Source of the DNA: an uncultured Pirellulales bacterium
GTDB taxonomy: Bacteria; Planctomycetota; Planctomycetia; Pirellulales; UBA1268
DNA: 48,640 bases
NCBI GenBank assembly: GCA_965662325.1
Contig: CBFIHW010000003.1
Location: forward strand, 1 to 48,640
Reading direction: 5' to 3'
The notes beneath the pieces are model-generated. The model was not told the DNA's origin. It saw nothing but the letters and a program-made list of their open reading frames with translations, and searched no databases. Positions 8,866-17,903 of this stretch are shown one piece after another; within the stretch, counting starts at the first letter, position 1; every line of letters begins with the position of its first letter. The position numbers were made by a program, and so were the translations under genes.

Positions 8866-11046
8866 ATGGCCGCTTCTTCAACACGAACCAGGAAAAAGAA
8901 AAAAACAAAAGCCCATTCCTCTCGTCCTACTGCGACTCCGGAGAGGTCAGCCTCGACAGCAGAGGTAAAAAGACCACGAACAAAACGGCGAGCCACTGCT
9001 CAGAAACTCGCGACCGGCCAACGAGATATTTCAGTCAGTGAGTTCTTTGCAAAGAACCGCCACCTACTCGGCTTTGACTCTCCAAGAAAAGCGCTGCTGA
9101 CAAGCGTGAAAGAGGCTGTCGACAACTCACTCGACGCATGTGAAGAAGCAGGCATCCTTCCAGAAATCTGGGTCTGTATTGATCAGGCTGGTGAAACTGG
9201 CAATCGGTTTGCTGTCAGCATACAAGACAACGGGCCAGGTATCGTCCGAAAACAGATACCTCTTATCTTTGGAAAACTTTTATATGGCTCGAAGTTTCAT
9301 CGTTTGAGAATGAGTCGAGGACAACAGGGAATTGGAATTTCCGCTGCTGGAATGTATGGCGTACTTACAACCGGCAAACCAGTAAAGATTATTTCAAAGA
9401 CTTCTCGTAAAGATCCCGCACACTATTACGAACTACGTATCGACACAAAAACAAACCAGCCTGAAATTCTTAATGGTCGAGGTGCCGGTGTTGATATTCC
9501 ACCCGGCAAGGCTGGTGATGCCATGATGCACAAGCGTGGCATTGAATGGGTAGCAATCAACGACCTCGATGAGGATACCGAGCATGGCACTCGCGTCACA
9601 ATCGAAATGGAAGCAAAATTTCAACGTGGTCGTGGCAGCGTAGAGGAATACTTGGAGCAAACAGCAATTGCAAACCCGCACGCGCGTATTCATTTCCAGG
9701 GTCCAGATGGGAATGAGCGTTTGCTCGAACGAGCAAACCATGAACTCCCCCCAGAACCGAAAGAAATAAAACCCCACCCTTACGGTGTGGAGCTTGGCCG
9801 CCTTGTCACGCTGCTCCAAGAGCAGCCAAAAATGACATTATCGCAATTTCTCAATCAAAGTTTTTCTCGTGTATCACCGACAACTGCTCGAAAACTTTGT
9901 AATGCGGCTGATCTTTCTACACGTATCAGTACAGGCAAGCTGGGACGTGGTGAGGCCGATGCTCTTTACACAGCTATCCAATCAACTCGAATTCCACCAC
10001 CAGCTACAGACTGTGTTGTACCAATCGGCGAACAGCGACTATTGGCAGGACTTCATCAAGTCGTACCTGGTGAATTTTTTACAGCTGCAACACGACCTCC
10101 TGGAGTGTATCGAGGAAACCCTTTTGTCATCGAAGCTGCTCTTGCATACGGAGGCGCGGTCGCTGCAAGAAAAGTCTCACTGGAAGCACTTACCGAACTT
10201 GCGGCTGAAAGCGATGCACGGAGCCTTCGCCAATTTCTTGCAACCACATTCGGTGGTGTCGGAACAGAAGCCGCTGACAAAATTTTAACTGAAGCGAAGC
10301 TGGCTCCACGTCAATCTCCATCAAAACTCAAAAAGGCTGCCTTGCGGGATCTTCATGAAGCGATGAAGCATGTCAATCTCGACGAAGGCCAAAGCATGAA
10401 TGTGCTTCGCTTCGCCAATCGAGTACCGCTTCAATTCCAACATGCAGCGTGTGCAATTACACAAACAATTCTTTCAACAAATTGGAGATCATATGGGCTC
10501 TCACAATCTCGTGGAAGTCTTCCGAGTGCTCCAATTACCGTTATGGTCCACATGGCAAGCGTATGGGTACCGTTTACCAGTGAATCAAAAGAAGCCATTG
10601 CTTCTTACCCTGAGATACAAAAAGAAGTACGGCTGGCCCTTCAAGCAGTCGGACGAAAGCTTGGTATGTATCTCAGGCGACGCCTTAAAGTTGCACAAGA
10701 AGGCCAGCGACGAACAATTTTCCTCCGCTACTTAGGTGAGGTCGCTACAGCGGTTGCGACAATAAATGGTGGAAATCGGGATAAAATCTACGAAGAACTT
10801 CTACGAGTTGCCAAAAAGAAAACTGCCGAAGCAGATGTAAAATTAGACGAATCAGGCCAACCTGTTGAGGAGCCTGAGGAACTGAATCTTGGTGAAAATG
10901 TGATCATCGTATCGCAGCGAGGACACCAAGAAAGTGATGAAGAACCCGCGGCCACGGAGTCAGAAGGAAAACAAAAGAAAACAAAAAAGAAGGTGAAAAA
11001 GAAAACAAAAAAGAAAATCATAAAAAAACGACGAGTTAGAAAATGA
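8866..11046 (+). CDS. top6B: DNA topoisomerase VI subunit B
   Basis: ISVSEFFAKNRHLLGF, GHKL motifs KEAVDNSLDA, DNGPGI and SRGQQGIGIS, PHPYGVE, H2TH, transducer RFANRVPL, WRSYG and VPFTSESKEAIA. ATG 8866 is preferred over TTG 8767. Confidence 0.95.
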   Translation: MAASSTRTRKKKKTKAHSSRPTATPERSASTAEVKRPRTKRRATAQKLATGQRDISVSEFFAKNRHLLGFDSPRKALLTSVKEAVDNSLDACEEAGILPEIWVCIDQAGETGNRFAVSIQDNGPGIVRKQIPLIFGKLLYGSKFHRLRMSRGQQGIGISAAGMYGVLTTGKPVKIISKTSRKDPAHYYELRIDTKTNQPEILNGRGAGVDIPPGKAGDAMMHKRGIEWVAINDLDEDTEHGTRVTIEMEAKFQRGRGSVEEYLEQTAIANPHARIHFQGPDGNERLLERANHELPPEPKEIKPHPYGVELGRLVTLLQEQPKMTLSQFLNQSFSRVSPTTARKLCNAADLSTRISTGKLGRGEADALYTAIQSTRIPPPATDCVVPIGEQRLLAGLHQVVPGEFFTAATRPPGVYRGNPFVIEAALAYGGAVAARKVSLEALTELAAESDARSLRQFLATTFGGVGTEAADKILTEAKLAPRQSPSKLKKAALRDLHEAMKHVNLDEGQSMNVLRFANRVPLQFQHAACAITQTILSTNWRSYGLSQSRGSLPSAPITVMVHMASVWVPFTSESKEAIASYPEIQKEVRLALQAVGRKLGMYLRRRLKVAQEGQRRTIFLRYLGEVATAVATINGGNRDKIYEELLRVAKKKTAEADVKLDESGQPVEEPEELNLGENVIIVSQRGHQESDEEPAATESEGKQKKTKKKVKKKTKKKIIKKRRVRK

Positions 11047-11146
11047 CAGTATTTATTCAGAGAGACTATGCGAAAAGCAGAAAAACGTGGATTTCAATCC
11101 GGAAACTCTTCTCTGAAAGACTCTTCTAAACACCTGCTTTCTCAAT

Positions 11147-11830
11147 TCACCCTTCGATTTCTTCTTCTACTTTTTCCTCCAATTCATCGACACGCTCATT
11201 CAATTCATCTGTTTCTCCTAGCCCTTCTTCAATTTCTTCGATTCGCTCGTTGAGTTCTTCCATCCGATCGTTAAGTTCTTCGACCCGCTCGTTGAGTTCC
11301 ATAAACCGTTCTCGAGCCTGGCCCATCATTCCTCGTGCTTGATGCATGCGCTCTTCAAGTTGCTCGCGCATTTCTTCATGCGTTCGATGAACGTGCTCTG
11401 CCATTTCTTCAGACTGTCGCATTCGGTCATTGATAGTATCTCGAATGTGACGTTCAAAATCGTGCCGTCGACCTTCGTCTTTCATCCACTGTTCATTTCC
11501 AAAGTGGTCTGGCCCATGTGGTGGCTGATGACCATTTGGATTGTGTCCAGCACCAACACGACGCTCAATACGATCAAGGCGTGCAATCACCTCATCAAAA
11601 CGCCTCATTAAATGATCCATTACCGGACTACCGCCGACACTGGAAGTTTTGTGATCGTGCATTGGCTCCCGTTCTCGACCAGCGCGTTCTGGCCCACGAC
11701 CTTCCGGTGGCCTATTCCCTTGTCGCTGTAGCCGAGGTGACTCTTCAGCACTCAGCCCCCACTGCGGAGCAAGGAAGACAATAGCGAGACCAGCCAGTAT
11801 GGTGACTGTAACGAATGCTGTTTGTTTCAT
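11147..11830 (-). CDS. Secreted or membrane-anchored acidic coiled-coil hypothetical protein
   Basis: Hydrophobic N-terminus, His/Met/Arg-rich middle and C-terminal heptads ELNERVE/ELNDRME/ELNERIE. AAGGA Shine-Dalgarno upstream. Confidence 0.75.
   Translation of the reverse strand: MKQTAFVTVTILAGLAIVFLAPQWGLSAEESPRLQRQGNRPPEGRGPERAGREREPMHDHKTSSVGGSPVMDHLMRRFDEVIARLDRIERRVGAGHNPNGHQPPHGPDHFGNEQWMKDEGRRHDFERHIRDTINDRMRQSEEMAEHVHRTHEEMREQLEERMHQARGMMGQARERFMELNERVEELNDRMEELNERIEEIEEGLGETDELNERVDELEEKVEEEIEG
11244..11299 (-). repeat. 21-bp-period coding repeat (heptad ELNER)
   Basis: Plus-strand CGCTCGTTGAGTTC / CGATCGTTAAGTTC / CGCTCGTTGAGTTC at 11244, 11265 and 11286. Confidence 0.75.
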
Positions 11831-11950
11831 TGGAAATTCCTTTATGCAAGAATGGAGAAGAATCTTTTGTTTATTAAACAGGGTGCTGGTGTGGTTGAGT
11901 AACGGAACAAAAGCAGTCAGCGAAAACTCATCGAGTTACCGCCCCATCTT

Positions 11951-12859
11951 ATGAACGAATCTACCTTGAAAAAGTTGCCCGATCCAGCACTTCTTGATTT
12001 TGGAGTTGATCACTCGGGAATTGGCTATCGTCTTGAAAAAATGGGGGATGTCGTTCTGATTCGGCCACTGCCATCGACAACGGCCAGACAGCAGAACCCA
12101 GAACTCTGGAAAGAGGCTCATGCCATTTTTCGAGAATCGCGACGAGGCACTGGTGATTGGAAGTTCACCGCTCCTCTGCCTGATCCATGGCACATTGAGT
12201 TTCCTCTTCACGGCGGTCCGCTTCATCTTCATGTGCGACCATCACCGTCAGGACAGGTTGGGGTTTTTCTGGAGCAGGTACCTCAGTGGCAATGGCTTTC
12301 TCAAATAACGCAAAAAGGGAGTCGAGTGCTCTCGCTGTTTGCACACTCAGGTGCAGCTACACTCGCCTTAGCCCAGGCTGGTGCTGAGGTTGTGCACGTG
12401 GACAGCTCGCGGCAATCACTTCAATTAGCGAGAAAAAACGCAACGGCCTCTCATCTTGACGCCGCATCCATTCGATGGATCTGCGAGGATGCGCAGAGAT
12501 TTGTCAGCCGAGAAAGAACTCGTGGCAACACCTATGACGGCTTTGTTCTTGATCCACCGTCATGGGGCCATGGCCCCAAGGGAGAAGCCTTTTCTATCGA
12601 CAGGCATCTTGGATCACTTCTAGCAGATTGTGCTGAGCTACTTTCTCCAACGGCACAGGGGCCAATTCTCCTCACGGCACACTCCCCTGGATGGCACCAT
12701 CAGCGACTGGCAACAGCACTCAATTCTGCACTTCAAGCGGCATCATCGAGAATGCTGCAGATCTCCAGTGGTCCACTTTCATGCATGGATCTTCATAAAC
12801 GACAGCTCCCTCTCGGCGGGTTCGCTCGTTCTGGTGGCATTCGAGACACATCGCAATAA
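11951..12859 (+). CDS. Class I SAM-dependent methyltransferase (RlmI/RlmK-like)
   Basis: QVGVFLEQ, SAM-binding VLSLFAHSGAATL, VHVDSS, and VLDPPSWGHG. Confidence 0.88.
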   Translation: MNESTLKKLPDPALLDFGVDHSGIGYRLEKMGDVVLIRPLPSTTARQQNPELWKEAHAIFRESRRGTGDWKFTAPLPDPWHIEFPLHGGPLHLHVRPSPSGQVGVFLEQVPQWQWLSQITQKGSRVLSLFAHSGAATLALAQAGAEVVHVDSSRQSLQLARKNATASHLDAASIRWICEDAQRFVSRERTRGNTYDGFVLDPPSWGHGPKGEAFSIDRHLGSLLADCAELLSPTAQGPILLTAHSPGWHHQRLATALNSALQAASSRMLQISSGPLSCMDLHKRQLPLGGFARSGGIRDTSQ

Positions 12860-12860
12860 G

Positions 12861-13790
12861 ATGGGATCATCAAGGGAGATTGCAGATTTGTCAGTGCTTC
12901 AATCCATATCAACGACTGAAACGATCACAAGCCCATCAAATGCTCGTGTTCGATCCACCATGAAGCTGCGCGATGCATCCGTTCGACGGGAGACTGGCCT
13001 CACCCTCATTGATGGACAACGTGAGATACAGCGGTGCCTGACTGCTAAAAAACAGATTGTTGAGATATTCTTCGATGCTGACTCATTCCCAACGCTGTCG
13101 GATACTGATCAGAAGAATTTTGAATTGCTACTCCGTGAGGCTTCTGCCCAGACAGCCTCACTGACACCATTGAGCACCCGAGCGTTTTCAAAAATTGCTT
13201 TTGGAAACCGTAACGAAGGAATCGTTGCGGTTGCGCGGTTTCAAACTGATTCAGTGGCAGACTTTAAGCCTCGTCCGGGTGCACCGATTTTTATTCTTGA
13301 GGGAATTGAAAAGCCGGGCAACCTTGGCGCAATTTTTCGCACAGCCGATGCAGCTGGATTTGGTGGGATTCTTATTTGTGGAAAAGGAACTGATGCCTCA
13401 AATCCGGCTGTCATTCGTGCGAGCTTAGGTACTGTATTTTGCATGCCGATTGCATGTGACACAGCGAGTGCCATTATGCAGTGGTGCATTACTCACAAAC
13501 GAAACATTATTGCTGCCACGCCCACCGGCGATACGCACTGGCATACAGGCAAATTTGCAGACGAACCAGCTATTCTCCTTGGCAGCGAGGCACATGGTAT
13601 TTCTTCTCTCTGGCTGGAGGCTGCTACCAATACAAACCTCGCTTTGGATACCGTTGCTCTTCCGATGCGTGGTCTTGCGGATAGCCTCAATGTTTCAGCA
13701 ACTGCTGCCGTCCTGGCGTACGAATCTTTACGGCAGCAAGAGGCATCACTAGAGAACCCAAACGTGAAAGCACATGAAAAACATGCCTGA
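12861..13790 (+). CDS. TrmH/SpoU-family RNA methyltransferase
   Basis: ITSPSNARVR, EGIEKPGNLGAIFRTADAAG, LGSEAHGI and PMRGLADSLNVS (SPOUT motifs). Start placed at ATG 12861, directly after the upstream stop. Confidence 0.92.
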   Translation: MGSSREIADLSVLQSISTTETITSPSNARVRSTMKLRDASVRRETGLTLIDGQREIQRCLTAKKQIVEIFFDADSFPTLSDTDQKNFELLLREASAQTASLTPLSTRAFSKIAFGNRNEGIVAVARFQTDSVADFKPRPGAPIFILEGIEKPGNLGAIFRTADAAGFGGILICGKGTDASNPAVIRASLGTVFCMPIACDTASAIMQWCITHKRNIIAATPTGDTHWHTGKFADEPAILLGSEAHGISSLWLEAATNTNLALDTVALPMRGLADSLNVSATAAVLAYESLRQQEASLENPNVKAHEKHA

Positions 13791-15027
13791 CGACCACTCA
13801 CTAGACACAGCCTCGCTTGCTACAAAACTAACCACGACTTTGGAAGCGAATGGCATCGATGCAATGTTTCAAAAACTTGAAGATTCACTTCGTCATTCTC
13901 GTCGGTGGCACAGCCTGTTTGATGCTCATCTCTTACGAGCCCGGGCGACTCTTGGGCTCCCTCTTGTTGGACCTGTGACAGATGCTGACAAGGCAACTAA
14001 GCAAAAACTTGATGAGGAAACAATTGCTGCGTGTCGAGAAGTTGGCTGGCAACTCCTTGGTGAAGGACAGATTGCTTCTGGATGGATGTATCTGCGAGCC
14101 GCCGTCGAAACACATGAGGTCGTAGACAAGCTCAGCCAAATGGCCTCCCAACTCGTTGAGCAAGAAGAGAATGTAAATAGTGATGAAGAATACCAGCCAC
14201 TTCAGGAAATTATTCAATTGGCTCTCTGGGAAAACCTTGACCCGGCCCTTGGCATCCGTGTGATGCTGGCCGTCCAGGGAACATGCAATGCCGTTACTGC
14301 ATACGAACAGTCGGTTGCCGGGCTTCCACCAGCCCAGCAGGAACCTGTTGCAAGAATCATGGTCGAACATTTGCACGAAGAGGTGTTCGAAAACCTCACG
14401 AGAGACCTTATAGAAAGAGCACTTATCAGCACGAATCAAGTCGATGACATAAAAAATCACAAAGGTACTCTCGTCGATCTTTTGGGTACCGTTGGTGACC
14501 TTCTGGATGAAGAGAGCATTCATGTAGATGCCTCACACCTCCAGGCAGTTCTTCGTTTTGCAAGAATATGCACCGACACGACTGATATTCAGCGAGCTTA
14601 TGCCTTGGCATGCTATGCATGCCGACTCCCAAAGGAATTCCGGTATCCAGGCGACGCGCCATTCACTGACTTCGAGAACTCTTCTCGCCTCTTCTACTCA
14701 GCGCAACTCGGCAAAGAGGCTGATCAAGCCATTTCATTTTTTAAGCAGGAAGCAGAACAGGCTAATGAGTATGATGCTCCAGCAGCTTGGGATGTACTTG
14801 CAGTATTAGCAGCTCGCATCAATCGACCGGATGACGCACTCAGTGCTATTCTTGCTCGACCCGCCGAAACAGGCCCCTCCCAAAATTCACCACTTGCTGC
14901 AACACTACCGCCGCTTGTGGAACTATCACACCAAGCTTGTGGTGGTGAAAAACTTCGAGCCGCATGCATTGAGAGAGATGATCTTATCACCTACGCTGCA
15001 TCACTTGTTCGTGATAGTGCCCCATAG
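13774..15027 (+). CDS. Hypothetical all-helical protein
   Basis: 417-aa ORF overlapping the TrmH stop. It contains GTCNAVT and HVDASHLQAVLRFAR but no catalytic motif I recognise. Confidence 0.75.
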   Translation: MKNMPDDHSLDTASLATKLTTTLEANGIDAMFQKLEDSLRHSRRWHSLFDAHLLRARATLGLPLVGPVTDADKATKQKLDEETIAACREVGWQLLGEGQIASGWMYLRAAVETHEVVDKLSQMASQLVEQEENVNSDEEYQPLQEIIQLALWENLDPALGIRVMLAVQGTCNAVTAYEQSVAGLPPAQQEPVARIMVEHLHEEVFENLTRDLIERALISTNQVDDIKNHKGTLVDLLGTVGDLLDEESIHVDASHLQAVLRFARICTDTTDIQRAYALACYACRLPKEFRYPGDAPFTDFENSSRLFYSAQLGKEADQAISFFKQEAEQANEYDAPAAWDVLAVLAARINRPDDALSAILARPAETGPSQNSPLAATLPPLVELSHQACGGEKLRAACIERDDLITYAASLVRDSAP

Positions 15028-15060
15028 GAAATTTTGTTTCAACCGAGTTAAGCCCTGTTA

Positions 15061-15456
15061 TCAGTCAAGCCAGTATCGTGGCTTCAAACAATGCAACCAA
15101 CCTCGTGGGCCACAGGTATGACAGGCACATTCAGTTGTATAGCCACACTGCTTTGGTGACCAAAACCCTTTTCCTGGAGGCATCTGCCAAGGAGCAAGGA
15201 GATCGAGGGAGGGCGACTGAAAGTCTCCTCCGACCCATTCATTTCTGCAATTACAGGGGTCCGGATGAAAAGGTTCATCACAAAACGCACCCCAATACCG
15301 TGGGCCACAGCCGGTATCACCACAGGGTGATGTCTTCCCGCCGTAAGGTCCTTTGCATTTCCCGCACTCACCAGCCGATGCAGAACAAACAAATTGTCCT
15401 GAAGAACAAATAAGAACAGCAGACAATACGATCAGTTGTAGAGCAGTAGTTTTCAT
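15061..15456 (-). CDS. Small secreted Cys-rich hypothetical protein
   Basis: Signal peptide MKTTALQLIVLSAVLIC...ASA, 14 Cys in 131 aa and repeated CGPRxW. Confidence 0.65.
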   Translation of the reverse strand: MKTTALQLIVLSAVLICSSGQFVCSASAGECGKCKGPYGGKTSPCGDTGCGPRYWGAFCDEPFHPDPCNCRNEWVGGDFQSPSLDLLAPWQMPPGKGFWSPKQCGYTTECACHTCGPRGWLHCLKPRYWLD

Positions 15457-15580
15457 ATGGAGGCTATCGACAAACAACGTGTGACGCTGTTTGGGAAAAG
15501 ATTTCCACTAGTAACGACTCTATGGCTTCGCCAGAGTCACAGGGCTTCCCATTTTCCACCAATTGTGGCAATGGAGTGAG

Positions 15581-17071
15581 TTAACGCACATCCACAACAT
15601 CGGCTGGGGCTTTTGCAAGCGCTCGTTCATAGACTTTCTGGTACTGCTGAGCACTCACCTTCCAGGACCAATCCTGCTGCATAACGTGATACACCAGGTC
15701 TTTCCAAAGTGTTTCGTTCCCGCGGGCAGTAATGGCACGACGAACGGCTTCTTCAAGAGAGGCTGATTGGAAATCCCCAAAGACAAAACCACTTGCCGTG
15801 CCATCAGCACATGTCTGATCGCTGACATCAACAACCGTATCGACCAAACCCCCAGTGGCTCGAACAACGGGAATCGTGCCATAACGAAACGCGTAAAGCT
15901 GCGCCAGACCACAAGGTTCATACTGGCTAGGCATGAGTAAAATATCTGCTGCTGCCTGAATCAGATGCGCGAGTACTTCGTCAAAACCAATCACAACATC
16001 AATATCACCCGGATACTCCGAGGCGACAACTCGTAATGATTCTTCCAGTTGGGGATCGCCAGCACCCAGTACGACAAATCTTGCATTTCCTGATCCTGCC
16101 ATACGGTGAAGAAGGTCGAGTACAAGACTGACGCCTTTCTGTTCAGCAAGGCGACCAACAAATGCGACCAATGGCCGATCATCAGGAGCGGCATGCCCAA
16201 GCCGAGCAGCAAGTGCAACTCTCGCCGTATACTTACCCTGCTTGACGTCATCATCACCGTAATGCCGAGGAATTAACTCATCTGTTCTCGGATTCCACGT
16301 CTCAACGTCGATGCCATTGACTATGCCAGTCAAATCAGACGCACGTCCTGCAAGTACTCCTTCAAGCCCACAACCGCCAGGGGCGGCTTGTATTTCCTGC
16401 GCATAGGTTGGACTTACTGTTGTCAATTGATCAGCGAAAACAATACCTGCTTTCAGCATATTGAGTTGGCCATAGAACTCGAGTTGCTGCCAGTTGAAGT
16501 ACTTCCAGTGAAATCCTGTCAGTAGCATATCCCAGTGCCAAAACATTCCCTGATAGGCTACATTGTGAATTGTAAGAATGGAACGAGCTTCTGACAGCGT
16601 TGGCAACGATTGATACAGCAGTTTCTGGTATGCGGGGACAAGACTCGTCTGCCAGTCATGGCAATGAATAATATCGAAGGCATGAGGTTGTCGAGCAGCC
16701 AACTCAAGTGCAGCTCTCGAGAAGAAGATAAATCGTTCAGCATTGTCAGCATAGTCCTCCGTGCCACCATAGAGGGTGTCTCGATCGAAGCAATGCGTAT
16801 TCCCTATGAGGAACGCCTTCTGTTTTTGATCCGGAAGGATACACGAATAAACAGTTGCTTCAAGATTTTGCTTTCCAACGGGAACGGAAAACTGTATGTC
16901 CGTTTTTTGGATTGGTAGATTTTTTTCGAAAACTTCACGATAGGCTGGTACAACGAGCGTGCAGTCACAGCCCGCACGCTCGAGTGAGCCTGGAAGCGCA
17001 CCAGCAACATCGGCAAGCCCACCGGTCTTGGCAAATGGTGTTGCCTCGCTAGAAATCTGCAATACCCGCAT
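15581..17071 (-). CDS. glgA: Glycogen synthase
   Basis: SSEATPFAKTGGLADV (KTGGL), HCHDWQT, TIHNVAYQG, RLAEQKG and PSQYEPCGL. Confidence 0.96.
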   Translation of the reverse strand: MRVLQISSEATPFAKTGGLADVAGALPGSLERAGCDCTLVVPAYREVFEKNLPIQKTDIQFSVPVGKQNLEATVYSCILPDQKQKAFLIGNTHCFDRDTLYGGTEDYADNAERFIFFSRAALELAARQPHAFDIIHCHDWQTSLVPAYQKLLYQSLPTLSEARSILTIHNVAYQGMFWHWDMLLTGFHWKYFNWQQLEFYGQLNMLKAGIVFADQLTTVSPTYAQEIQAAPGGCGLEGVLAGRASDLTGIVNGIDVETWNPRTDELIPRHYGDDDVKQGKYTARVALAARLGHAAPDDRPLVAFVGRLAEQKGVSLVLDLLHRMAGSGNARFVVLGAGDPQLEESLRVVASEYPGDIDVVIGFDEVLAHLIQAAADILLMPSQYEPCGLAQLYAFRYGTIPVVRATGGLVDTVVDVSDQTCADGTASGFVFGDFQSASLEEAVRRAITARGNETLWKDLVYHVMQQDWSWKVSAQQYQKVYERALAKAPADVVDVR

Positions 17072-17180
17072 CCCGACGGTATTCTCCTCAGACGCTCTCT
17101 CCTACCGATCATGAACGAAACCCGCTACTGTGTAGCATACCCTCCAGCCTCAGAGATGACTTCCTCCGAAGGTATTCCAT

Positions 17181-17828
17181 ATGCCGCTTGTAAACCCCGC
17201 TAGCGTATTTAATCTCCGATTCCCCTGCCTTTGGAGGGAACGGCTCTGGCCTCCAGCAGCAAGCCATATCGACAAGTCGTGCTCTCTACCACGCCTGGCT
17301 GGAATAGCGGGTGTGCCTGATATCCTCGAAATTGCTATCGGCTGGAACGAAGCAGGGCTCGGTATTCGCGCACAAGTTGAGGGGCTTTCAGGGAATCGCT
17401 GGTGTCAGCCAACAAAACCTGAAGATAGCGACGGACTCCATCTCTGGATTGCAACTCGTCCAACAGGTGAAAGCCACCGTGCGGGCCGTTTCTGCCGACG
17501 GCTCGCTCTGCTTCCAACTGGTGGAGGAAAATCCGCGGATAAGCCAGTGGCTGTCGCTGCGCAGATTCCACGAACAAGCGAAGAGGCCTCGGCGTTGCCT
17601 CCTGATGCAGTTTTCATCGAATCGGTTGCCTCCGAAACAGGATGGAAAATAGAAACGTTCCTCACGGCGGCTGCGCTTCCAGGATGGGACCCCGAGGAAA
17701 GCCCACGACTTGGGTTTTTTGCTGCAACCGTTGATCGACGTCTCGGAAAGATACCTGCCTTTGGGACACCCGAATTTCCCTGGGAGAGTGATCCAACAAC
17801 CTGGGCCGAATTACTACTCACTCGTTAA
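17181..17828 (+). CDS. Hypothetical protein, possibly CBM9/DOMON-like beta-sandwich
   Basis: 215-aa ORF divergent from glgA. The pattern GWNEAGL...DGLHLWIATR...GWKIE...LGF is reminiscent of CBM9-like folds (weak). Confidence 0.6.
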   Translation: MPLVNPASVFNLRFPCLWRERLWPPAASHIDKSCSLPRLAGIAGVPDILEIAIGWNEAGLGIRAQVEGLSGNRWCQPTKPEDSDGLHLWIATRPTGESHRAGRFCRRLALLPTGGGKSADKPVAVAAQIPRTSEEASALPPDAVFIESVASETGWKIETFLTAAALPGWDPEESPRLGFFAATVDRRLGKIPAFGTPEFPWESDPTTWAELLLTR

Positions 17829-17903
17829 GAAGAATTGTAAAAATTTTTTAATAACAGAACATGCGGAGTACACCATGCACAACGTACAGATACGGTAAGA
17901 AAG

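Noticed and set aside
11068-11253. Short + strand ORF after top6B as a top6A remnant
   Set aside because: It has no Spo11/TOPRIM features and mostly overlaps the antisense strand of the coiled-coil gene.
12630-12860. N-terminal extension of the TrmH ORF
   Set aside because: It overlaps the methyltransferase gene by 230 nt. TrmH similarity starts after ATG 12861.
15110-15135. Heme c motif in the Cys-rich protein (ECACHTC)
   Set aside because: The spacing is CxCH, not CxxCH.
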